Part shown: positions 1-7,572 of the stretch, in pieces | Numbering within the stretch: the first letter of the stretch is position 1 | Layout of the letters: each line of letters opens with the position of its first letter | NCBI GenBank assembly: GCA_049578125.1 | Contig: JBAULJ010000252.1 | Location: 1-34,563 of the forward strand | Direction of reading: 5' to 3' | Source of the DNA: Halobacteriota archaeon | GTDB taxonomy: Archaea; Halobacteriota; Bog-38; Methanoflorentales; Methanoflorentaceae | DNA length: 34,563 nucleotides | Notes under the pieces: model-generated | Told to the model about the DNA's origin: nothing | Databases searched by the model: none | What the model saw: the letters and a program-made list of their open reading frames with translations, nothing else | Made by a program: the position numbers and the translations under genes

Positions 1-213
1 GTACTAATCGGTATTGGAGCTAGCTCGTTAGCGCTCTACGCCGGCAACAAGAAATTCATCGGGATACTCGGCATCGGACTACTCGCCTTGTGTCTCGTTT
101 TTTGGCGCATCTTTAGTCTAACACGGAACCCAGCGACAGTCTCAGAACAAAAACAGGTGGATATTGACTTCGACTTGGACAGCTTCCAGCGGATTCGACC
201 ACCATCGAAGTGA
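1..213 (+). CDS. 3' end of a membrane protein gene (partial; start lies outside the window)
   Basis: Frame 1 is open from base 1 to the TGA at 211-213. The translation VLIGIGASSLALYAGNKKFIGILGIGLLALCLVFWRIF... reads as two hydrophobic helices followed by a polar tail. It is absent from the ORF track because no start codon lies in the window. Confidence 0.35.
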   Translation, partial: VLIGIGASSLALYAGNKKFIGILGIGLLALCLVFWRIFSLTRNPATVSEQKQVDIDFDLDSFQRIRPPSK

Positions 214-248
214 AGTCACAGCAACCTTCAGCGCCTTGCCAGCTTCCA

Positions 249-719
249 TCAGACGTTTATTACCACGCTTCGCGCTACCTGGTCCCCGAGCCGCTGCCGT
301 TTTGCGTTGCTCCGAGCGATGAGAGTGCCGAGCACATACGGCACCACGAATGGTAGCGCATCAACGAGGCGCATGCCATTTCTGATTGCTGAACGGCGCA
401 ATCCCACGGCGGTGAAATCTTCCCGCACCACCGCTATTTGTAAGAGCCACTTGCCGAGCGTTACGCCTTTGATGCCTTCTGAAACGGTATGATAGATGAT
501 CAACACAATGGCAAAACTGAATATAAACGTGACAGCAAAAAATGAGACGTTACCGTTTAGCGTGTCCGTGCTAACGAGCAAGAATAGCGGGAGGAGGACA
601 AAGCAAATGAATAAACCGTCAATGAGCGCCGCAAAAAACCGAGCCGAGAGTGGCGCAAGCAGGTCCTCGATCTGCGTCAGACTCCTGACCTGGTCGACCG
701 GCGTCGGGGTAACGGCCAC
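249..719 (-). CDS. RDD-family integral membrane protein
   Basis: 156-aa ORF with a GTG start. The pattern R-x-x-A-x-x-I-D (SARFFAALIDGLF), hydrophobic helices and a C-terminal RLGDQVARSVV is typical of RDD domain proteins. Confidence 0.7.
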   Translation of the reverse strand: MAVTPTPVDQVRSLTQIEDLLAPLSARFFAALIDGLFICFVLLPLFLLVSTDTLNGNVSFFAVTFIFSFAIVLIIYHTVSEGIKGVTLGKWLLQIAVVREDFTAVGLRRSAIRNGMRLVDALPFVVPYVLGTLIARSNAKRQRLGDQVARSVVINV

Positions 720-916
720 TTGGCTGTGGGGCCTTTTGATTCACTCATCGTCGGCTTCACGATGCGCGTCTCTCCTCATTGATTAGTTCTCCACAACATT
801 AGGTACGACTCGTGCTCGGCTCATTGCCGAGATTATGTCGAACACTGGATTAGCGAGCAAGCACGGGCTTCTCCGTCGCTCGCCATTACACTGATCATTC
901 AGTTTATTCTGGTTAG

Positions 917-1675
917 TTACCTCTTACCAAGTCCGGCGCACGATGTGCACCGCGGGTTGCGCGAAACCCTCACTTTATCGAAGTTCATCATTTCGCCGTC
1001 GTAGATGAGCATTTCGTTTTCCAACACGACTCCTACGCCGGTCAATGACTTGATGGCCTCTGTCGCTTGGAGCAAGGCTATTACGCCCGGGGTCGTGCCC
1101 AGCACGGGAAAGACGGCGCGCGGCGGAGCGTGGGGGTAGATGCACTCCAGACATGCTGTCTTGCCCGGCACCACGCTGGCGAGGCGCCCTTCATAACCGT
1201 ATACGGCGCCGTGAATCAACGGAACGTGGTGGGCAATAGCCGCCGCATTGAGCATGTACCGGACCCCAAAGTTGTCCATAGCGTCTAAAATGACGTGGCA
1301 GTTCTTAGCTAGCTCGAAGACATTTTTATCGTCGATAGCTAGATTAAGTCCTTCAACGCGCGTCGTCGGATTGATCCTTTGCACTTTCTGCGTTGCTGAG
1401 TTGACTTTCGATTCGCCCACGTCCTCGTCCCAGTGCAGAATCTGTCGGTTCAGATTACTGAGCTCTACGTTGTCCATGTCAACCAGCTTAAGGTGCCCAA
1501 CTCCGGCTGCCGCGAGATACAGCGCAAGGGGAGAGCCAAGCCCCCCCAAGCCGGCTATGAGAGCCGTCGCATTTTTCAGACGTAGCTGCGCCTTTTCGCC
1601 GAATCCAGGAATCATTATTTGCCTGCGATATCGCACGCGATCGTATTCGGATAAAGACATTAATGAAACCCCCAA
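917..1675 (-). CDS. ThiF/MoeB/UbaA-type E1-like adenylyltransferase
   Basis: 252 aa with the nucleotide-binding GLGGLGSPLALYLAAAGVG, NLNRQILH, and two CxxC pairs (CLEC, CTSC) typical of the zinc site in MoeB/ThiF/UbaA enzymes. Confidence 0.88.
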   Translation of the reverse strand: MGVSLMSLSEYDRVRYRRQIMIPGFGEKAQLRLKNATALIAGLGGLGSPLALYLAAAGVGHLKLVDMDNVELSNLNRQILHWDEDVGESKVNSATQKVQRINPTTRVEGLNLAIDDKNVFELAKNCHVILDAMDNFGVRYMLNAAAIAHHVPLIHGAVYGYEGRLASVVPGKTACLECIYPHAPPRAVFPVLGTTPGVIALLQATEAIKSLTGVGVVLENEMLIYDGEMMNFDKVRVSRNPRCTSCAGLGKR

Positions 1676-1741
1676 GTTGAAAACTGACGCAACTTGAAGG
1701 CCGACGCTCCGTTTGACTTGACTAGCTTGCGCATGATTGTG

Positions 1742-2155
1742 TTACATTTTGATTCTTTTTCGTTTGGTATACAGTGTCATCTGGATGTTCTTTCTGAATT
1801 CGTTGTCATAGAGCAGCTCAAAATTGCCGTCGGGATCCTTGGACCGCAGGTTATAGACCTTGACCGTCTCCATGTCGATCGAACCTTCAAGCACTCTTCC
1901 CTCAGGGATGTCTTTCATCGGCTCATCCAGAATCTCACACACTTTCTCATCGCGTTTGACAAGCACGTCGAAAATCGTGAGGTCTCTGCGTTTCAATATG
2001 TCAAACAGCGCGTCAGTGACCTCTTGGCGAAAGGACCTTTTCTCTTGCCACAGGTCCGTAGCCTTAACGATCCCGTGCAACGCATCTGATACCGCTTCAT
2101 CGATTTCGTCCTCGGTCATATCTGACACGTTCATCGAATACGTCTTGCCCTGCAT
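1742..2155 (-). CDS. hypothetical acidic protein (137 aa), no recognisable family
   Basis: ATG start with a TATA-like box about 29 nt upstream. Composition and third-position GC look coding-like, unlike the antisense ORF 1694..2089. It has one Cys and does not end in GG. Confidence 0.55.
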   Translation of the reverse strand: MQGKTYSMNVSDMTEDEIDEAVSDALHGIVKATDLWQEKRSFRQEVTDALFDILKRRDLTIFDVLVKRDEKVCEILDEPMKDIPEGRVLEGSIDMETVKVYNLRSKDPDGNFELLYDNEFRKNIQMTLYTKRKRIKM

Positions 2156-2180
2156 AATAGTAGAATAGGTATCTGTTCCT

Positions 2181-2188
2181 CTTAAACC
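2181..2188 (-). promoter_or_regulatory. TATA-like box (minus strand TTTAAG) about 29 nt upstream of the ATG at 2155, implying a leaderless or near-leaderless mRNA
   Basis: The minus strand reads GGTTTAAGAGGAACAGATACCTATTCTACTATT-ATG. The element is near-palindromic, so it could also fire towards the plus strand. Confidence 0.35.
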
Positions 2189-2204
2189 TGAAGCCTGATG
2201 GTCT

Positions 2205-2470
2205 CGCCCGCCCCGACCCGTTCATGGGTCTTGGGCGTAACCCTCCCTCTCCCGTCTTAAGCGCTGCGCTAACAGTACCGGATGTAGACCCCATATTTGG
2301 GTGTGCCGCGCCAACTCGCTTGACGACTATGGAGCTTCGCTTACCTGCGACGTAGCTCAACACAATCGGGCTGCAAACGCGGAGCAGTTGGTGCGAGGGT
2401 CAATGTACAATTGACGCGTGTCCATAAATGCGCTATGGCAATGCGGGACCAATTTGACGCTGCGCGCAGT
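2205..2470 (+). other. hairpin-rich non-coding region (candidate ncRNA or regulatory hub); strand uncertain
   Basis: There is no credible ORF here. Nested stem CGCCC(2205-2209)/GGGCG(2233-2237) encloses GACCC-GTTCAT-GGGTC (2215-2230). Further hairpins are 2332-2358 (GAGCT-TCGC...GCGA-AGCTC) and GTCAAT-GTACA-ATTGAC (2399-2415). A perfect 10-bp palindrome CTGCGCGCAG lies at 2460-2469. Confidence 0.2.
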
Positions 2471-2621
2471 TTCGTGCAGCATTTGAGACATAACGGTAAT
2501 GGTTGCGCAAACAAGAGGCAACCCAAAGTTTACGGAGACCCAGTGCGCAAGAATTTAAGAACAGTGCGCCGTACGCTATCTTGTTGTAGGAACTCGACTC
2601 ACACGAACACCGGAAAAGCAG

Positions 2622-3281
2622 ATGTGGCCTCGAAGAATACCCAATCGTCAGCGTAGCGACGATCGATTCGCTTTCACTGATCTGAGGTGCGCAACGACGA
2701 GACTGAATGAGGGGTTGCGCCACTATCAAAAAAGACAGTACACACTGGCGGTAGCACGTTTTTTAGAAGCGCGAACCATCTACGAGGCTTCGGGAAATAG
2801 CTCGTCACTCGCAGACATCGCCCGATATATAGGAGCTACCTCTCTTGAAATGCAGCGTTACGAGCAGGCCAGCGCCGAGCTGGCGACGGCTTACGCATAT
2901 TATGAGACGCGGTGGGACCGGAGAGCGGATGCAGCGCTGTGTGCGAAAGGCCTCGGCGATGCGCTTGCCGAGCTTGAGAAATACGACGACGCCTTATTTT
3001 ATTACGAGGCAGCCAAGCGCTTGTTCGAAAAAGCGCGGCTGAAGGCCGAAGCTGCAAAATGTGATCTGGCTTTGGGCCGCTTGTTGAGGTCGAGAGAGCG
3101 CAACGACGAAGCACTTGCCATCTTAGAGTGCGCTGTGCGCGAATTTATCCACTGTGCCCTCGACTACGAGGCAGCTCAGACTTACCAACTGATGGCTGAC
3201 ATTAATGCGGCAATGGGTCGTTACGGCACAAGCGCGGAGTTCGAAAGACTAGCAAAAAGGACGCGTACGCGCTCGCGATAA
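2622..3281 (+). CDS. TPR-repeat protein
   Basis: 219 aa with repeated about 34-aa helical units carrying the A/Y/L spacing of TPRs (e.g. YEQASAELATAYAYYE, YDDALFYYEAAKRLFE, NDEALAILECAVREF). No catalytic motif is visible. Confidence 0.65.
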   Translation: MWPRRIPNRQRSDDRFAFTDLRCATTRLNEGLRHYQKRQYTLAVARFLEARTIYEASGNSSSLADIARYIGATSLEMQRYEQASAELATAYAYYETRWDRRADAALCAKGLGDALAELEKYDDALFYYEAAKRLFEKARLKAEAAKCDLALGRLLRSRERNDEALAILECAVREFIHCALDYEAAQTYQLMADINAAMGRYGTSAEFERLAKRTRTRSR

Positions 3282-3299
3282 TTCTAGGCGCTGCGCCTC

Positions 3300-3542
3300 T
3301 TATGTCGGTTGCCCCTCAGAATAGCCTTGCTCGGCGGAACATTTTTTCATTGCGCGCATAAACCCTACACCCCAGTGAAACACGCAGAGCTCTTCGCCAG
3401 TTGCCGACTTAGATTTCTTGAAATCGGTCAGATTCTGATCCTCAAAGTAGCGCTCGCACTCTGTGTGATGCAGGCAGCTTTTTTCGATGCATTTGCGCGT
3501 CATGCTCTCAAGTACAACTGTACATTCCATCTGCCTAAACAT
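3300..3542 (-). CDS. small Cys/His-rich protein (80 aa), probable metal-binding, family not recognised
   Basis: ATG at 3542 preceded by GGGAGACGAAA. Sequence is MFRQMECTVVLESMTRKCIEKSCLHHTEC...CVFHWGVGFMRAMKKC, with six Cys including C-x4-C-x5-C. The ORF track start at 3575 is a TTG extension. Confidence 0.5.
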   Translation of the reverse strand: MFRQMECTVVLESMTRKCIEKSCLHHTECERYFEDQNLTDFKKSKSATGEELCVFHWGVGFMRAMKKCSAEQGYSEGQPT

Positions 3543-3805
3543 TTTCGTCTCCCGTGCACCCACTTGTAAGCGCAAACAAAGCCGCGCTGGTCCAGAGTGC
3601 GACTAGAGCAAACTAAACAACGCACAAGCGCAGGCTGACTTGGAGACTCAGAGCGAAATGAAAACTGTGAGCAGCAACGGGCTCAAGCGCTCAAAGCCAT
3701 GGAGACAAAGCATATTATCGGGCGACTTTCATACAACGACAAGCCCTAAAGCTGTTTGTCGTTCAATGGTAAGACGCAGTCATATCGACTTCTCGAGGTG
3801 GTAAA

Positions 3806-4777
3806 ATGTATGATTTCGAATTAGATCCGGAACCCATCAGGCGCCTCCTAAACTATCAAAAACTCTTCGAAATTTTAAAGGTGTCTGTTGACCTCGGGAT
3901 CTACACGCAGATCACGAGTCCTTTGACGGCACAGCGCTTATCTGAATCGCTCGGAATGGACGAGGGTTTTCTTATGTACCTGCTTGAGACATTGTGGCGA
4001 ATTGGACTGGTGGAACGCGCACGGAGCGATCAGGATTCGTGGGCGTACCAAAGCGCTCCGGTAGCTCGACAATACTTGAGTCGAGAGAGCCCGTTGTACC
4101 TCGGCCGAGGAATATTTCAAGACGGAGAGACCGGCAAGCTGCTTGAGCGCTACGTAAAAGAGGGGCCTTCCAATGAAGTCATCACCACGGACTATTGGAC
4201 GCCCGAGATGATCAAAAAACTCGAGGTAGTGGCCTTGCTCGGCGGAGTGCAAAGTGCTGTGAAGCACGTCAATCTAGCTGGCCGTAAGCGTTTGCTCGAC
4301 ATAGGCGGCGGACACGGGCTGTACAGCATCTTCTTTACGAGGAAATATCCGGACTTACGAGCGTGCGTCCTCGATTTGCCTCAGGTCATCGAGGTGACAA
4401 AAGAAAACATCAAGCGGCACGATGCGGGCGAGAGGGTGGACGTTGTCGCCGGAGACTATCACACCTTCAGACCAACTCGCAAGTTTGACGCGGTATTCTT
4501 GAGCAATGTCACGCCGTCACCAGATGAACTACGCTTACTGCTCAACAGATCGCGTAGTTTCCTGAGCGACAGCGGCGTTGTCATCCTCCGAAGCTTCGTA
4601 TCTGATAGTACGCCAGACGTCTGGTCAGCCGCAAGCACGCTCGAGCGGTACGCACGACGCGGCAGGCGCGGCTTTGCGCACAACGACCTGACTACCGCAT
4701 TGCATGAAACGGAATTTACCGACGTGACCGACGTTTACGCAGCCGAAGGCGTCGTTATCGTATGCGGCACAAAGTGA
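3806..4777 (+). CDS. class I SAM-dependent O-methyltransferase (Methyltransf_2 / COMT-like) with an N-terminal winged-helix dimerisation domain
   Basis: The SAM motif LLDIGGGHGLYS followed by VLDLPQV and VAGDY is the classic family-2 O-methyltransferase pattern. A strong SD (GAGGTGGTAAA) precedes the ATG. Confidence 0.82.
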   Translation: MYDFELDPEPIRRLLNYQKLFEILKVSVDLGIYTQITSPLTAQRLSESLGMDEGFLMYLLETLWRIGLVERARSDQDSWAYQSAPVARQYLSRESPLYLGRGIFQDGETGKLLERYVKEGPSNEVITTDYWTPEMIKKLEVVALLGGVQSAVKHVNLAGRKRLLDIGGGHGLYSIFFTRKYPDLRACVLDLPQVIEVTKENIKRHDAGERVDVVAGDYHTFRPTRKFDAVFLSNVTPSPDELRLLLNRSRSFLSDSGVVILRSFVSDSTPDVWSAASTLERYARRGRRGFAHNDLTTALHETEFTDVTDVYAAEGVVIVCGTK

Positions 4778-4934
4778 GACTGCCAATGCACTCGACACCT
4801 AACAGAGCCAGTTACGCCTTGCTCGCCCACAGAGGAACAGGAGGTCCACCTTGAGACGTTTGCCGCCTTCTCGAGCTTCTTCCAGTTATCCAGAGATTAT
4901 TTCTATGACGGTTGCGGACGAACTTCCGAGCGCC

Positions 4935-5300
4935 TTAACCCCGGTCTTTGTAGACTACGTCAGGATCGAACACTTTTTTTCCGATTGTAGTCCCGTCGAC
5001 AGTCCTAAAGAAGCACGACCGGAACCCCGTGTGGCAGGCTGCCTGAACTTGGTCCACCTTTATCACGAGCGCGTCGCCGTCACAGTCAACTAAGATCTCC
5101 TTCACCCACTGAAAGTGGCCTGACACCTCGCCCTTTTTCCAAACTCGCTGGTTTTTTCGGCTCCAATAGTGCACGCAGCCGGTCTTTCGGGACATCTCGA
5201 ACGCGTCCTCGTTCATGAAGGCGATCATCAACACTTCTCCGGTCTCATTGTCCTGTGCAGCGACCGGAATGAGGCCATTTTTAAAATTAAGCTCCACCAT
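4935..5300 (-). CDS. hisI: phosphoribosyl-AMP cyclohydrolase (monofunctional HisI)
   Basis: MVELNFKNGLIPVAAQD...GEVLMIAFMN...HYWSR...WKKGEVSG...DCDGDALVIKV...ACHTGFRSCF match HisI signatures. I start at the internal ATG 5300 (GAGGAA upstream). The track ORF extends to 5429 and would overlap the upstream gene. Confidence 0.9.
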   Translation of the reverse strand: MVELNFKNGLIPVAAQDNETGEVLMIAFMNEDAFEMSRKTGCVHYWSRKNQRVWKKGEVSGHFQWVKEILVDCDGDALVIKVDQVQAACHTGFRSCFFRTVDGTTIGKKVFDPDVVYKDRG

Positions 5301-5322
5301 GCTTGATTCCTCGACGACGTGC

Positions 5323-5799
5323 CTAGCTTGATGTACGCGTTGTGTACATTGACCGCGCTTCCTGAAGGGTTTCGCCATCAGATGTAACACGGGCATCGAC
5401 AATGCTGCCCACGACGACGACGTGATCACCGGCTTCTCTGCTCCACGCGACGTTGCATTCGATAAACGCTAAAGAGTCCTTGAGGAGAGGAGAACCGGTG
5501 CGCCCGGGCTCGTACGCTGTCTCCACAAACTTGTCGACTTTCCTGCCCGAACTCTTGCCGAAAAGATCAACAAGCTCCGCCTGATCGGTTCTAAGAACGT
5601 TGATGGCAAACGCGTTGCTGTTTGTGATAAGTTCGTACGTGTAATGCAACGGATTCATGGCAACCATAACCAACGGCGGGACAAAGGATACCTGCGTTAT
5701 CCAGCTTGCGATGAAGCCGCTCACGTTCTCGTTGTAGCGGGCCGTAACGATCGCTATCGGGTTAATCAGTTTCCATAATGCGGTTTGTACGATATTCAT
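5323..5799 (-). CDS. flavin reductase-like FMN-binding domain protein
   Basis: 158 aa. IAIVTAR...SGFIASWITQVSFVPPLVMVAMN...AFAINVL...F is the typical flavin reductase (DIM6/NTAB-like) core. An SD (GGGAG) precedes the ATG. Confidence 0.8.
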   Translation of the reverse strand: MNIVQTALWKLINPIAIVTARYNENVSGFIASWITQVSFVPPLVMVAMNPLHYTYELITNSNAFAINVLRTDQAELVDLFGKSSGRKVDKFVETAYEPGRTGSPLLKDSLAFIECNVAWSREAGDHVVVVGSIVDARVTSDGETLQEARSMYTTRTSS

Positions 5800-5823
5800 G
5801 AGGTTCTCCCTTAGCTTGTGATG

Positions 5824-7110
5824 TTACGCTTCCGTGTGGCCTATTACGCGGTCGATAATCTGCTGAACGTTAAGTGACTCTTGCTCACCAGTTCTCAGAT
5901 TCCGCAGCGTTGGTTTGGATGTCTGCATCTCCTTCTTTCCGATGATGACCGCGTAGTCATAGCCGGCGCTGTTCGCGTACGTCAACTGTGCACGAACGGT
6001 TCGGCCCATAACATCAATATCCGTCGAAACGTGCGACCGCAGCTCCTTAGCGACATGAAGCGCATAGGTGCGTGCGTCGTCCGTAGGCACCACTAAGAGC
6101 CGCGGCAATTCAGGGATCGAGGGGTTGACGGCATCCATGATTCTGTCAAATCCGATGCCAAAACCTGTCGACGGCACGTCCTCCCCGCCGAAGAGGTGGG
6201 AGAGCCGATACGAGCCTCCGCCCAACACTTGATTCTGAGCGCCGAGAGCGCCAGCGTACGCCTCGAAAACGATTCCTGTGTAGTACTCTAGGCCCCGCGC
6301 GATGCCGAAGTCAACGGTGTAAGAAACCGCGAGCGTGTCGAGCAGCTCAAGGACGCGCAGCAGGTGGTCAAGCACCACGACGTTTTGTGCCTCGCTCAAA
6401 GGATCCTCGGCATTGATGAGATCGATTGCGCGGTCGCCGCCCTGGATGTCCCCGAGGCGACCGAAGTCCCCTTTATCGATAAGGCGCATTGCAAGAGCGC
6501 ACGTTTCATCGTCGAGGTCACAAAATATCGCTCTAAGCACGTCGAGCGAGCCGACGTGTATGTCGGCGTCAAGCGCAGCGCTTCGAAGCATCTCGTGTGC
6601 GAGCGCGATGACCTCGGCGTCCGCTTCTGGGAGGGCGCTTCCAATGAGCTCGATCCCGAACTGCCAGAACTGCCGGTATCGCCCCGATTGCGGTCGTTCA
6701 TACCGGAAGCAATCGCCAAAGTAGTAGAACTTGAGCGGCTTGGGGGCGGACTGGAGCTCATTGACATATAAGCGGGCGACCGGAGCGGTCAGTTCGGGTC
6801 GCAACGCTAACGACCTGCCACCTTTATCCTCAAAGCTATAAAGCTCTTCGACAATCGCTTCACCTGATTTGAGAGTAAAAAGCTCCAGTGGTTCAAAGGC
6901 TGGGGTGACAACCTCGCGATACCCCCACCGTTCAGCCACGTCTCTAAAGCGCGATTCGACGAAGCGCCGCCGTCTCATTTCCGCGGGCAAGAGGTCCCGC
7001 GTGCCGCGAGGTCGTGTGAGTGGCGCGTTTTTCCCTGCAGTCGCTCTCTGATCGGTCACTTTCAGCTGCCCCAGCTTGTACGTAATCGAACGTTCCGAAC
7101 CTAAGAACAC
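5824..7110 (-). CDS. hisS: histidine--tRNA ligase (with a C-terminal anticodon-binding domain)
   Basis: PRGTRDLLP, LRPELTAPVARLY, CFRYERPQSGRYRQFWQFGIE, ARGLEYYTGIVFE and GFGIGFDRIM are present, plus an anticodon-binding-like C-terminus. The start is uncertain: the track start is a GTG at 7110, and an internal GTG near 7059 is possible. Confidence 0.9.
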   Translation of the reverse strand: MFLGSERSITYKLGQLKVTDQRATAGKNAPLTRPRGTRDLLPAEMRRRRFVESRFRDVAERWGYREVVTPAFEPLELFTLKSGEAIVEELYSFEDKGGRSLALRPELTAPVARLYVNELQSAPKPLKFYYFGDCFRYERPQSGRYRQFWQFGIELIGSALPEADAEVIALAHEMLRSAALDADIHVGSLDVLRAIFCDLDDETCALAMRLIDKGDFGRLGDIQGGDRAIDLINAEDPLSEAQNVVVLDHLLRVLELLDTLAVSYTVDFGIARGLEYYTGIVFEAYAGALGAQNQVLGGGSYRLSHLFGGEDVPSTGFGIGFDRIMDAVNPSIPELPRLLVVPTDDARTYALHVAKELRSHVSTDIDVMGRTVRAQLTYANSAGYDYAVIIGKKEMQTSKPTLRNLRTGEQESLNVQQIIDRVIGHTEA

Positions 7111-7322
7111 TTTGATTGTTTATTGATTTTGGCTTTTGTGTTGTGCACGGATTGCGCAAACGGGTGTCTGCTGCGCAAAGATGACCATCGCTGACTGGTA
7201 GACGCCGGATGGCACGCAACAAGTCCGCCTATGAGGCCGTTGACGAAACCAACAGCCTGATCTGCTATTAGCGGGCACGGCAGCACAGACGATCCAAAGC
7301 CGAACACATAAATAGTCAATCG

Positions 7323-7443
7323 CTGCAAATTTGACGGTTAAGTTGTGCGAAAAAATAGGCCCAGAGGGTTAACGGAAACGCCATCTTCGCCGTCTTAGCG
7401 CGTAAATTGACGTGCCTGCTGTCTTAACCACAGCAATTTGCAG
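7323..7443. repeat. long imperfect inverted repeat / hairpin in an intergenic region
   Basis: CTGCAAATT(7323-7331) pairs with AATTTGCAG(7435-7443), and GGTTAAG(7336-7342) pairs with CTTAACC(7423-7429). The arms also contain direct copies of AAATT(T)GACG. Confidence 0.4.
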
Positions 7444-7572
7444 TCGAAGATGGAGACAGAGCCGAATTAGCCCTGCAAGCGACAGGCAGGCCGCTCTTGG
7501 CCCATAGGGATCAGACGAACGCATCCGTCGCCATCGGTCGTCCGATTACAGACTTTGGAGGTGCGCAATTCG

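Noticed and set aside
2373-2387. GCAAACGCGGAGCAG, which resembles the SRP RNA helix 8 GNAR tetraloop plus AGCAG loop.
   Set aside because: The flanking bases do not form the expected closing stem, and I could not build helix 5, helix 6 or an Alu domain around it. It remains only part of the generic structured-region finding.
5301-5429. An N-terminal extension of the hisI ORF.
   Set aside because: It overlaps the flavin reductase gene end. HisI homology starts at MVELNFKNG, which has a GAGGAA ribosome-binding site.
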